This document shows, one piece after another, positions 37,393 through 50,254 of a DNA stretch of 64,000 nucleotides. The stretch comes from Octopus sinensis. Lineage: Eukaryota. Numbering within the stretch: position 1 is the first letter of the stretch; every line of letters begins with the position of its first letter. Location of the stretch: the NCBI RefSeq assembly GCF_006345805.1, contig NC_042999.1:95356001-95420000 (forward strand). Direction: 5' to 3'. The notes below the pieces were generated by a model. That model was not told the DNA's origin, did no database searches, and was given only the letters and a program-made list of their open reading frames with translations. A program made the position numbers and the translations under genes.

Positions 37393-40300
37393 CATCATTA
37401 TCATCGTTTAACATCTGCTTTCCATACTGGCTTGGGTTGGATGGTTTGGCTGAGAGCTGGCAAGCTGCACCAGGCTCCAGTCTGATTTGGCAAGGTTTCT
37501 ACAGCTGGATGCCCTTATCCTAATGCCAACTACTCCGAGAGTGTAGTGAGTGCTTTTTACGTGCCACTGGCACAGGTGCCAGTCAGGCAGCACTGGCATC
37601 GGCCATGTTCAAGTGGAGCTTTTTACATGTCACTGGCATGCGTGCAAGTCAGGCTGCACTGGTATCAGACACACTCGAATGCTATTTTTACATGCCACCG
37701 GCACAGGTGCCTGTCAGGTAGCACTGGCATCGGCCACAACTACAGTTTCACTTGGTTCAACAGGTCTTCACAAGCATAGCATATCACCCAACAATTGAAG
37801 GGTGCTTTTAAATGAGCCAGTTATGCGATACTGACATCAGCCACTATTGCAGTCTCACTTGGCTTGCTGAATCTTCTCAACCACAGTATATCTCCAAAGG
37901 TCTCAATTGCTTGTCATTGCCTCCGTGAGGTCCAACATTTGAAGGTTGTGCTTTACCACCTCATCACATGTCTTCCTGGGTCTACCTCTTCCACAGTGTC
38001 TCTGTACTGTTAGAGTGGGACACTTCCCACAGCTGTCCTCATCTATATGCATTAGATGACCATACCAGCACAGTTGTCTCTCTTGCACACCACATCTGTT
38101 GCTTCTTATGTCCAACTTTTCTCTCAGGACACTTACACTCTGTTGTGCATGCACACTAACATTGCACATCCAGCGGAGCATACTAGCTTCATTTCTTTCA
38201 AGCCTACACATGTCCTCAGCAGTCACAGCCCATGTTTCAGTGCCATGTAGCATGGCTGTTTGCATACAGGCATCATACAGTCTACATTTCACTCTGAGCA
38301 AGAGGCCCTTTGTTACTAGCAGAAGCAGGAGCTCTCTGAACATTGCCTAGCCTATTCTTATTCTAGCAGCTACACTCTCCGAGCACTCACTCTCACTACT
38401 GACTTGGTCACCTAGGTATTGGAAGCTATCAACTACTTGTAGTTTTAGCCCCTGGCATGTAATGAAATCTGTGTTCTGTACATTTTCGGTGTTTATTGCA
38501 CCTGTGCATCTGCCACACACAAAAACTATCTTCCCAATTAACCTTCCTTTGATATTGCTGTACTTCTTATGTGTCCATAGCTTACACTGGGTACATGTAA
38601 TGGAGTTTCTACCATGATCTTTTCTACAGAACAAGCGGGGCCATCTAGCTGAAGAGATTTGTGGTTTGTCCACCTTCTTACTAACTAAGACTTTGGTTTT
38701 TGCTAGGTTAACTCTAGGTTAACCTTTTGATTCTAGACATTGCTTCAACACCTGAAACCTCTTTAGTTCTGGTAGTGACTCAGCTATTAGAGCAAGGTCA
38801 TCAGCATTGGAGAGTTCCTGGGGGCAGCTTGTCTTCAATTCCTCTCTTATTTCCTAGAAGACTATGATGAACAAGAGGTGGGTTGAGGACTGATCCTTAG
38901 TGAACCCCTACTTCTACCTGGAATTGTTTACCATATTCATTGCCAACCATCAACTTACTGACAGTGTCCCTGTACATGACTTGTACAGCTCTCACCAACC
39001 ACTAGTTTCCACATTGACCACCAGATAAGGGATTGGGGGCCCCCTGTTAAAGGCTTTCTCCATGTCAACAAAAACCAAGTACAGAAGTTTATCTTTGGCT
39101 AGGAATTTCTCTTGCAGCTGACTTACTAGAAATATAGCATCAGTGGTGCTATTCCCTGGCACAAACCCAAACTGCATCTTATCTAAGCTGATTCTCTCCC
39201 TAATTAGTTGGGCTATGACTCTCTCCATGACTTTCATCTCCTGATCCAACAATATGATACCTTTGTAATTATTTCTATCTAAGGTGTTAGACTTAGACTT
39301 AGATAAACTTAGATATGTTTCGACCAAAGATTGGTCCAGGCCATGTCTAACTTAATAGTACCACCTGATAGGATTATTCGAATCCTGTTTAAGTCAAGTT
39401 TTGTTCAAGTAGTGAGTTCTTGTTGGGTGAGTTGTATCCAGTTTTGTTCAAGTAGTGAGTTCTTGTTGGGTGAGTTGTATCCAATTATGGGTGGCTTATC
39501 TGGTATTCTTTGAAGGAATCTATCCAGACTCCGTTTAAAGTTGATGGGATCCTTTTCCTCTTTGATCTCCCTCGGGGCAATGTTAAATAGGGCAGGGCCT
39601 GTTGAGGAAAAGAAATTATGTTGCAGTGTACATGTATGTTGTGATCTTGAGTTGGGCAGGGGACGTATGGCCCGTGGTCCCAGTCTTGGATGAACCTTGA
39701 AGCTAATGTTTAGGTCGTTTGGGCAAAGTTGGCAGTATATTTTCCACATCGTACAAATGATGTACCGCTCACGGCGACGCTGGAGGGAGTAAAGTTTCAA
39801 GGCTTTAAGGCGATCCCAATAATCGAGAGCAGCCATGCCTTCAATTCGTTTAGTGAGTGCCCTCTGGGGTGACTCAATTCTGTTACCTTTAACTTTGTAG
39901 CAGTTGACTATGGTGCTGCTACACCAGTCATTGTGTATGACTCCTTCGTGTATCACCTGGTTAACTATATGAGTGATAGACTATAGCTTACTCCGCCAGA
40001 TATCTTAAGCATCTCAGCAGTAATTCTTGATGGGCCGGAGGCTTTCCTTGTCTTCATATCCTTAATTGCTTTATTTACCAAGGTACTCTCAATTTGGATA
40101 GGTGGTCCCTCTGTTGGGTCAGCATTTGGCAGACTCTCTTTCTCCCATTTATTCTCTTCATTTAGCAGCCTTTCATAGTGGCATCCCCAAGTCTCTCTCT
40201 TTGCAGCATCTTTGAATGCAAGTGAGCCATCATCCATGTGGGAACATTTCTCTCCTATGACATCGCAATTTTCTCTCACACACTGTCTAGCAATTTGAAA

Positions 40301-40690
40301 CCCTTCAAGTCTATGTTCCTCATGACACAGAACATTGGCAAATCTCTTCTTATCTGCTCCCCCTCTGTCTAAGTAAACCTGTCTCCTAGCTTCTCTGCTA
40401 ACTATCTGATACAGTTCCCTGCTACCACCACACTTCCAGCCCTTCCATGCCTGTTTCTTTTCCCTAATAGTCCTGTCAACTACATTGTTCCACCATCATG
40501 TCAACTTAGGTTCAGTGGGGACTTTGCACCAGTCACAGATCTGATCAATAGCCCTCAACAGGTTGTCCCATAGGAACCTCCAGTTGTCCTCTACATTATG
40601 TGATGCTATATCTTTCTCTATTTCATCAAAAGCTTCAAGTGATATGTCTCTAAATCTCTGTCCATTCATGGGATCCTTTAGCTTCCAGGA
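37393..40690 (-). mobile_element. Long RTE-clade LINE (RT region), interrupted by a nested LINE
   Basis: NYKGIILLD..QFGFVPG..TTDAIF..FVDMEKAF, ADDLAL, Cys/His insert, YLGDQV and RGRPRKT; same 3' UTR and tail as the 20222 copy. Confidence 0.93.
39290..39880 (-). mobile_element. CR1-group LINE 3' fragment nested in the RTE
   Basis: IESPQRALTKRI..YWDRLKALKLYSLQRRRERY..FKRSLDRFLQRIPD; (CTAAGT)-like tail; TGTTA duplicated at 39285-39289 and 39881-39885. Confidence 0.88.
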
Positions 40691-40864
40691 TTCTTGTAGC
40701 AATGAGAGTTGCAGCTCAATAAGGATGTGACAATCTTTGTAGTCCTTAACTTCACAGTATAAGTTAGCAATGTACTATATCCAGTTGTTATGAACACACC
40801 ATTTCAGCAAAATTTCCTTGTAGACTGATAAAATTTATCTCTTTTGCAATTCTGTATTGTTATT

Positions 40865-41075
40865 GGTTTCAAATTTTGATACAAGGCCAGCTATTTCAAT
40901 GGAGTGGTTAAGTCAATTACATTGACCCCAGGGCTCAACAGGTACTTATTTTATCGACCTCCAAAAGAATGAAAGGCGAACTTCACCTTGACAGAATTTG
41001 AACTCAGAAGGTGAAGATGGACAAAATGCCACTAAGTATTTTGTGTTGTGTGCTAACAATTCTGCTAGTTTGTTG
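40865..41075 (-). mobile_element. SINE family A
   Basis: GGTACTTATTTTATCGACC..GAAAGGC..GAATTTGAACTCAG motif. Confidence 0.7.
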
Positions 41076-44000
41076 TCTTACTCTGTATTGTTATTAACCC
41101 TCTAAATAAGGCATTAGTCTCATCTCTTTTATATGTTATTTTAGACCACTTTCAAAAGAATGTCTTCAATTACTACCCTAGTGCTATTCTGTGTTCTCCG
41201 TGCTATTATAAAAGTATAAATGTGGTCGGTCTGCAGTAGGTAAAAGAGTAGGAGTGAGTGGTATTATCTATATGGAAGTGTTGTTAGAATTGGTAGTGAG
41301 TGGTTGTTAATATACTGATGGAAGTTTGGTATAACCAAATCTTGAGAAATATAAAAGTTGATAGTGCCAGTCAGAAAGAGCTCAATGCAAATTACATTGG
41401 GGTAGTATAACAAGGAACATTCTAATTTAATTGATTAGAGCTGGATGAAGGTCATAGGTATGCATCTTGCTAAAGAATTCTCAAGTGAGACATGGTTGAA
41501 GGCTTTGTTGATGTCAAAAATAGCAATATTGTTCTTTTACTCTTCAGAGCTAAAGAGTATTGGAGAGTGATACTAGATCTGGATTCCCAGAAACTGAATT
41601 GCTGTCACTAAAGAGAAAGAGAAATTCTCAGGGATATAGGAAGTGGGCATGTACAACTGCTTATACTGTTTTCCAGATGTTAGAGATGAAAGTAATTTTC
41701 TTGTAATACACTGACCTTTTAACATTTCAATCTCAAACCCACAAATTTTATTTCCCACTCTAAACATTATGAACTAAGAGGAAGACATGAATAATCGATA
41801 AAGCTTTATTTTTCATATATGATAATAAAGTAGGAAATAAAGTTTTTATAATTTTCTTTGATATTATTTGATATTATGTAGAGCATCTTCGGGTAATATA
41901 TTTTAATCTGGTGATGAATAGATCATGTAATATTGCTCTTTATTTTCTATTTACCTTGACCAGGTAGACATAATTTTAAAGCTGATTTACTATAATAATT
42001 CTCAAATGAAACAAGAATCCCATATCCAATACCACAAATGAACAAGCAGTTAATATTTTTGTTAAATGATATCTACCTCCAGTTCAGATGAAATTTTCCT
42101 GTTAAAATTTGTTGGTGTTATACTTTTAATAAATGCTTCAGTTTAACCCTATTGATACCAAACCATTTGAGATCTCACTTGATTTTATGGTACAGACTTC
42201 CTGTTTTAAAGCGATTTGAATTAAAACTTCCTTTTAAAATTTCATGTTAATTTATATTCCAAGCATCATCTTAATAATGATAAAGTTATTGTACTATATT
42301 CTTCATTATTTTAAAATTAATTGAAAGGAAAACAATATATTTTAACAGAAATATGGTAATAAAAAGTTAGATATACATTACTCTTGTAGTAGAGTCTACA
42401 TTGAAGAAATTTTTATTTAATATAGGAAATAGTTTTTCCACTATATATCACGAAAGAAAATTCAATATGAAAAAAGTAGTTTGTGTATTAAAATTGATGT
42501 TTTATTTTATAGCTTATACAACCCTCTGAATAATCTAGATAATGTACACTTGAGCTTTGATTTTAACTCAATATAATTTTTTATTCATAAACTCAGAATA
42601 TAAATTTGCTGGCTAATAATTTCACTCATCTACCCAATTTACATTTGACATGTTCATCTAAAATATCTGAATCGATCCAGTGTTTTGAGAATTTTTGTTA
42701 TCCTATGCCGTTTTGTGTATAGATTTGTTTGTGATTTCTCTCCAGTTGGCTTATTAGTTTTTTTTTAATCGAGTTGGAATAGCATTTTATATGTAGTTTA
42801 GAAGCTTGAGTCTACAGAAAATAATATTTTAAATCATATATTACTGTAAATCATACTACTGTTTTTGTTGCAATATAAAATAAACAATTATTAAAATATG
42901 ATGATACAATGGAAGAAGTAGCATTATATGACCAATTGCACCAGTTAGAAATGTTCCATTTTATTTTGATACAAATGATTCAGTACCTTTTTTCTCATTA
43001 CCTGCATTGTATTTATTTCACCAGCTCAATTAGTGGTTCTAATAAAACCTGTTTATTATCTTTTTTTACATTGTAAAATATTAACAATATATAAATCAAA
43101 TAATACAGATCTTTTTAAAGAGAAAATATATATTTGATTGAAGAAATCATAAAACATTTTTGATTTTTCTTCATTGTCACTTCCATGTTCACATGTGTTA
43201 GATCAATATTGTTTATGTCCTTATTCAGAATTACAGCTCTTCTGGATGGGTCAGAGCATCAAATCTCACATGTATGTTCCACTTTTGTTATAGTTTCTAA
43301 GACTGGATGTCCTTCATAAATCAACCACTTTATAGAGTGTACAAGATGCAATTTATGATGACACTAGCTCTAGAGAGGTTATCATATCATATCATATCAT
43401 TACCATGACTAAAGAGACCTCTTGATGCTATCTCATTTCATTTCCTAACCCTTTCCAGAGTTTATCAAGAAAAGTAACATCAAATTTATGGAATTTGAAT
43501 TCAGAAACATTACTGGATATATAATATATATAGGTTTTTCTCACATTTAATTTTTCAACTTCTACACTTTAAAAGAGAAATCATCTTGCATAATTATGGT
43601 CTTGGAAAAATTATTGTACACAAATATGTTGCAACAGCACATATTATCCAATAATATTCATACATTACATTAAATGGATAACTAATTTCTTTGTGAATTA
43701 ATGTATTATAGTTGCAATGAAAGTAATTTCTTGAAATTTCTGTTTTCTTTTCATAAATAAGCAGACTTCAAGTAATGATCTCTGTATATATATTTTACAA
43801 ATCTTATTCTAATGATAATATTCTCACTGTGGAATACATGTTTTGCATAACATTGTTGTTTTGTCAATATTTTCAAGGTAATCTGTTTAATAATCTTGAT
43901 AATTCTGTTAAAAAATATTTAGCTATGTGAATTTCTTTCAATTTGATTACAAAATTTAGGAGATATAGTTTATATACATGAATAAATAAATTCCTGTATG

Positions 44001-45294
44001 GATTTCTGGTTTCAAAGACTGACCAGTACCTTGCCAACATTTCAAATGTTGTTGTTAGTAGTTGGTAGTTGTCTTATTATTTATTTGATTTTTGAATAAA
44101 AATATGCTGTTTATATACAAAAGTTTCCATAGACATCTATACCATTGACAATTCTACCCTTTACTTCCCAACTATCCATCTTATCAATATAGTAATCGCA
44201 ATTACTCATCTTCTAATTTAAATATATACTAATGTATGACTGATTATTTTCTCTCTGAATTGAGACTAAATCCATTACGTTCATGATAATTTGAATCCTT
44301 TGCAAATATTTTCTGTAAAAAAATTAAAAGTATATTATTATGACTATTGTTCAATAATGTACAATTCTATTGTTTTAATGGTAGTTATTAAGGTTGGTAG
44401 AAGAAAGAATAGTTTATGTACAAGAAAACATGTATGCATGTACAGAAATAAATGGAGGAATTGGTACCATCTATAATTCTATTTAAGCCATAATTTCATA
44501 TCATTTAATGCAGGTTTCATGTGTTAATAAATATCATGATTTCATAATATTATGTAAATAACGACCAATTTGAATTAAGCTCATTTCAAAATTTATGGAA
44601 AACAATTTCCCTTTTGACTATTCTTTTACAAAGGAAGGTTATAGTTTTAATCATTATATTTATATTTAAGTGGTGACAACTTCATATTTTTCTCACTCTA
44701 TACATTCTTTTACCCATGCTAGCATTTGTTAAATGAAACTTTAAATATAGATTTAGAATTAAATATTTTGAATGAATATTGTAATTGTTGGGTATCTTTC
44801 ATGATAGCTACTCAAATGTAATTAGTAAGAAGAATTTTTCAGTCAGGTACAGTGTGCATATACAGTAGTATTCCTTAGCTTGAAGAAATGTTAAATGATT
44901 TGGATCTGTTGTTATATAAAAAAAAAATAATTATGTTTCTCATTACTACTATTTCTATTAGTCTATAATAGTGATCACTGCAAATATTATTTACCTTAAC
45001 TGATGTGCATTAAAATCGTGAAGTGAATGTGTTGATGATTGTCTTCTTTCTCACTTGCATGAGTTTTATTTATTTATTATTAAATTCTCATTAGTCAATG
45101 CATGTATATATCTAAATTTTAAAATTTATTTAATTAATTCAACTATTCTCTGACTTAATTACATAAATATTCCACATTAAAATACAAATCTAAAACCAAA
45201 GAAAACTATCGTGAACAAAAAAAAAAAGCGAAAAGGGGAAAAACAGGAAGAAAGAAGAAAAAAAACATTGATTCAACACTAAGTGTATCAATCA

Positions 45295-45500
45295 GTCACA
45301 CATCACAACGCTCAATGTTCTTGGCATTACTGTGGCTGGTGGTGAGTCTAATGTATTGGAACAGCCAAGCACTCACACTGGCATCACCTGACACCTTGGT
45401 AAAATGAACCACTAAAGATGACAAGAACTTCACTGTTAGTGACCCAGCTCCTCCAAATATCTAAAATGCCATAGGCTGGAAGAAATGGTTCACCGACAAG
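45295..45500 (-). pseudogene. Probable C-terminus of a CRE-like (restriction-like endonuclease) non-LTR element
   Basis: Manual translation IFGGAGSLTVKFLSSLVVHFTKVSGDASVSAWLFQYIRLTTSHSNAKNI resembles the G..G..A..F...L....SGD.....LFQRIS....RGNA tail. Confidence 0.5.
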
Positions 45501-46184
45501 TCCCACTACTTAAGGATTTAATTCCGAAGTTTATATATTTTCTTTCATCACCCAGTGTAGTAAAGGCTTAAATAGGGAAAATTAGAATTTAATATAAACT
45601 TTGATGATTTTTGCTTTACACAAGATACTATAATACTTAAAAGGGAATGAAAGTTAGTTTCATAATGTTCTATTGTCTTGTAAAGAATGTGCAAGTAATA
45701 CTTTGGGAAAATCATGTGAGATATTTAATTGTAAATATTGGAGAAAATTAAAAGAGTAACTTAATTATCACATATAGCAGTAATATCTTATTATAATCAT
45801 AATCTTTTAAAAATATTCTGTGAAATGATAAAGCAGATTCTGTTTCAGTTACTTTTGAGACAAGTTTTTCGGCTGTGATGGTTTTTTTCATCAAAATCCA
45901 GTTATAATATTGTCAAGGGAAGTAACTGATGATAACTTGATTTGTTGGTTTGAAACTATAAAGCAGATAGCATTCTATTTATTCTTCTTTCATTCACAAC
46001 AGTTTATTGCAAAAAGTAGTGCACTAATTTTAAGTTAGTGGCAGCAATTTAATACATGCTAATCTAAGTTTCTAGTCATTATTTTAGGAATTATATAGTA
46101 ATTATAATATTGATATTTAGTGCATTAAATCAGTCTGAAAATGTATATGGTTTTGTATTTTCTATCTCTCTCACACAAACTCAA

Positions 46185-46217
<33 letters not shown>

Positions 46218-46890
46218 CACACACATATATATACACACACATAATGACCTATTCAATAAAGTGTTACTTTTTTGGCAGATGAGTTGGGAGAATAATGCTA
46301 GTCTTGACTAAGATATTTTACTCCCTTCTGTTAATTATAATGGAAATTTATGAATCTGGATTTGAACCCTATGATTAACAATTTTTTATTTAAATGTTAC
46401 TGCTATGATTGTTATCAATTTATCTGAGGAGTAATAGCATTGATGACTTATGCAGGTGCTGCCAAAATGATGAGATTGATACAACTGATATTAAGACTAA
46501 ACATCAGTAAATTGATGCTTTGCAAAAGAAGTAAAAAAATAAATAAATAAAATTGGTTGAAAGAGAAGTCAAGAAGAATGCAGTTTAGGAAGGAAAAATC
46601 GGTGAAGGGCATCCAGAGTGAGGGCTCACTAAGGGAGAAGACAATAGTAATGTCAAAAGGAGGAGAAAAAATTCTTTTGGTGAGTTGTAATCAATATGAA
46701 ATACAATTTTTTAGATCAGAGGCACAAACAACATTAAAATAGTAATATAATAAGCAAAGAGACAGAGCATCTGTTGTACTGTATCAGTTAGTTTTCACCA
46801 AGCAGTAAAATAGCTTTTCCATCATGCATACACACATAACTGTGTATATCCATCCATCATTATATTTATATATATATATTATATATATAT

Positions 46891-46937
<47 letters not shown>

Positions 46938-46942
46938 GATAT

Positions 46943-47340
46943 AGACATGGCTGCTTGGTTTGGTTAAGAAGCTTGCTTCCTAACCATGTGGTCCTGGGTT
47001 CAGTCCTACTGCTCTACACTTTGGGAAAGTGTTTTCTGATGTAACCCTTAGCCAACTAAAGCTTTGTTAGTGGATTTTGTTGACAGAAACTGAATAAGAC
47101 CCATTGTATGTATGTGTGTGTGTGTGCGTGTGTAATATATCATATAAGTGCATGTTGTGTGTACCATGATCTAGACATCATGTGATGGGCTTCATCATCA
47201 TACAAACAAGGATGACCATTTCCAGTCTTCTATGAAAAAAAAACCATGTCTGGCCATGGGGAAATGTTACCTTGCTTGGAAACAGTTGAGGGTTGCCAAC
47301 AGGAAGAGCATCTGGCTGTAGAAATATCTGCCTCAACTAA
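46943..47340 (+). mobile_element. SINE family B
   Basis: GGTTAAGAAGCTTGCTTCC..GGGTTCAGTCCTACTG head, colinear with 26367-26770. Confidence 0.75.
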
Positions 47341-47642
47341 CTATATTATTCCAATAGCTAGAAATTAAAAAGAAGCTTGATGCTAATCAACTTCATTTAA
47401 TTCACACATGCAAAGCATATAGTTCAACACATTACATAATATCTGCATGTTTAATATACCTGCATGATGGCAGACATAGTGTGGTCTCTGTTTTCTAACT
47501 GTATTATTTTTACTACGTGATGGTTTCCACTATTTTATTAGCTTAATCTCCTGTATCTATTGAAAACATGTGTCATATTAACATGTCAAAAGGACCTTGG
47601 TACTTTACTGTTTAAGGACCTAATTTGCTTGAATCCTGAATT

Positions 47643-47897
47643 CGGAGACGCCCTTTGGTCACGAATGACCTTGGGATTGCACATAGAAAGTTAACCTCCG
47701 AAGTACAAGTCTGGGCAAGGTTGTTTATGAAAGACAAGCAGTCACCTATACATACCAGCCTCCCCTCTCCATGCCACCGATCTCATCCAAGGGAAAAGCA
47801 AAGGCTGATGCAGCTTGGCACTAGTGATGTCGCAACTCATTTCTACAGCTTAGTGAACTGGAGCAACATGAAATAAAGTGTCTTGCTCAAGAACACC
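47643..47897 (-). mobile_element. SINE-like fragment, third family
   Basis: The reverse complement contains GTGTTCTTGAGCAAGACACTTTATTTC..TTGCTCCAGTTCAC, resembling conserved SINE central domains. Confidence 0.5.
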
Positions 47898-47989
47898 AAT
47901 GAATTATATCTATATCTATTTATCTATCTTATATGTATATATATATATATACACATACATATATATATATAAGCCACAAGCTGTGTAAT

Positions 47990-48840
47990 CACAAATAATG
48001 AGTGGTGTTCCACAGTGTTCCACAGTCCTGGGGCTGCTGCTATTCATAGTAGCCCTCTCTAATGTGCCCTCTGTTGCTCAGATAGTTGCCCTTGCTAGCT
48101 ATGTAGATGACACAAAAGTCTCTCAGAGAATACAGAACCCTAGAAATATTGTGCATCTGCAATGGGTGTTGGTTGTAATATACAGGTTGGCTGATGAAAA
48201 TAACATGCTGTTCAATGTTGAAAATTCTAAACCCTCTGCTACCAACACATGGAGTTCAATGAAAAACGGACAAGATACACTGTCCCAAGAAGGATTTCAG
48301 TCTCTGAATTAAAATTAGCGCACAAATTGGGCTTGCCATGAGTAATGATGCATCTGGAAAGATGCATATTACTAAGTTGGCAATAAAATGCAGACAGTTG
48401 ATGGTCCATTGGAGAACATTTGTCCTGAACCATTTGGATTACTGCTCCAAACACAGTGTAAAATTAACAATGGAACTCAAAGCAATCCAGCTACACCAAG
48501 AAAATCATCTCAATATGACTTGTCAGCTACTGGGAGAGACTGAAAAATTTAAACTCTTTTCCCTAGAATGAAGGTGGGGAAAAATATGCAGTAATATACA
48601 TTTAGAAAATCCCAGAAGAACTTTTACCAAATTTTGGCATTGTCAGTTACACAAATGGCAGAACAGAGTGTCACTGCATAGTACCAAAAATCCCAACATT
48701 ACCACCAGGACAAATGACCAGATACTGCTACAATTTGGGCTTCAAGGGCACACAACTCTTTCATATCTGCCCACAAAGCCTGAGAGACCTACATAGAGTG
48801 GATGTCTTCAAAGCAAAACTGGATCTCCTCCTGTCAAAGG
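47990..48840 (+). mobile_element. Decayed CR1-group LINE RT/3' fragment
   Basis: SGVPQ..VLGLLLF..YVDDTKV..NNMLFN, HLDYCS and LKLFSLE remnants. Confidence 0.85.
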
Positions 48841-48970
48841 AGGATTAGTAAAAGTGTATCAAAGCAAACAGCAGTGCCACAGCCCTCGAGCTGAAACTGA
48901 AAAGAAAATATATATATATATATTATATTATAATGTAAAGGAATTGTTACATTGTCAGTTGTATTTCTCT

Positions 48971-49049
48971 GCCAGATCAGACTGGAGCCTGGTGCAGCCT
49001 CCTGGCTTCCCATGCTAGCATAGAAAACGGACATTAAACGATGACGATG

Positions 49050-49055
<6 letters not shown>
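48971..49055 (+). mobile_element. Short RTE 3'-end fragment, inverted relative to its neighbour
   Basis: CAGATCAGACTGGAGCCTGGTGCAGCC..GGACATTAAACGATGACGATGATGA. Confidence 0.75.
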
Positions 49056-49098
<43 letters not shown>

Positions 49099-49116
49099 AT
49101 AAGTATATATGTATAT

Positions 49117-50254
49117 ATCATCATCGTTTAACGTCCGTTCTCCATGCTAGCATGGGTTGGACGGTTCAACCGGGATCTGGAAAGCCAGAAGGCTGCACCA
49201 GGCTCCAGTCTGATCTGGCAGTGTTTCTACAGCTGGATGCCCTTCCTAATGCCAACCACTCCGTGAGTGTAGTGGGTGCTTTTTACGTGCCACCGGCACA
49301 GGTGCCAGGCGAGGTTGGCAACGGCCACGATCGGATTGGTGCTTTTTATGTGCCACCAGCATGGAGGCCAGTCAAGGCGGTGCTGGCATCGGCCACGTTT
49401 GGATGGTGCTTTTTACATGCCACCAGCACGGAAGCCAGTTAAGGCAGTGCTGGCATCGGCCACTTTCGCATGGTGCTTTTGACGTGCCACTGGCACAGGG
49501 ATCACAACTACAATTTCCATTGAATTTTTGATGTTGGTGTACTTGACTCAATAGGTCTCCTCAAGCACAGGGTCGAAACGGTGTTTCTTTACTTGCCACC
49601 TGCACAGGAGTCAGTCCAGCGGCACTGGCAACTGCTGGGTGCCAGTCATAGGATTGGTTCAATTTTGATTCCAATTTCACTTGCCCCAACAGGTCTTCAC
49701 AAGTAGAGTTTAGTGTCCAATGAAGAGAGGTTGGCATGGGTGCCAGTCGTTGGATGAGGTTCGATTTCGAATTCAATTTCAACTTCACTTGCCTCATCAG
49801 GTCTTCGCGTGTCCAAGGAAGGAAAGGCATGCATAAGTGGGCTGGCTACATCCCTGGCAAGGGACACGGGATGGACTCACTTGTCCTGCCGGGTCTTCTC
49901 ATGCACAGCATATTTCCAAAGGTCTCAGTCACTAGTCATTGCCTTGGTGAGGCCTAATGTTCGAAGGTTGTGCTTCACCACCTCGTCCCAGGTTTTCCTG
50001 GGTCTACATCTTCCACGGGTTCCCTCAACTGCTAGGTATTGGCACTTTTTCACACACCTATCTTCATCCATTCTCGCCACATGACCATACCAGCACAATC
50101 ATCTCTCTTGCACACCACAGCTGATGCTTCTTAGGTCCAACCTTTCTCTCAAGGTACTTTACACTCTGTCGAGTATGTACACTGACATTACACATCCATC
50201 GGAGCATACTGACTTCATTTCTCGTGATCTTACTCATGTCCTCAGCAGTCACAG
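49117..50254 (-). mobile_element. 5'-truncated RTE LINE with an expanded 3' UTR
   Basis: TAEDMSKITRNEVSMLRWMCNV..; UTR repeats; (TGA)n tail. Confidence 0.9.

Noticed and set aside
39300-39350. Hairpin followed by GAAAC in the CR1-type tail as a hammerhead
   Set aside because: No CUGANGA or compensatory core precedes the stem.
41144-41245. Possible + strand exon after TTATTTTAG
   Set aside because: Stops occur in all three frames at or before the donor and no peptide is recognisable; a non-coding exon cannot be excluded.
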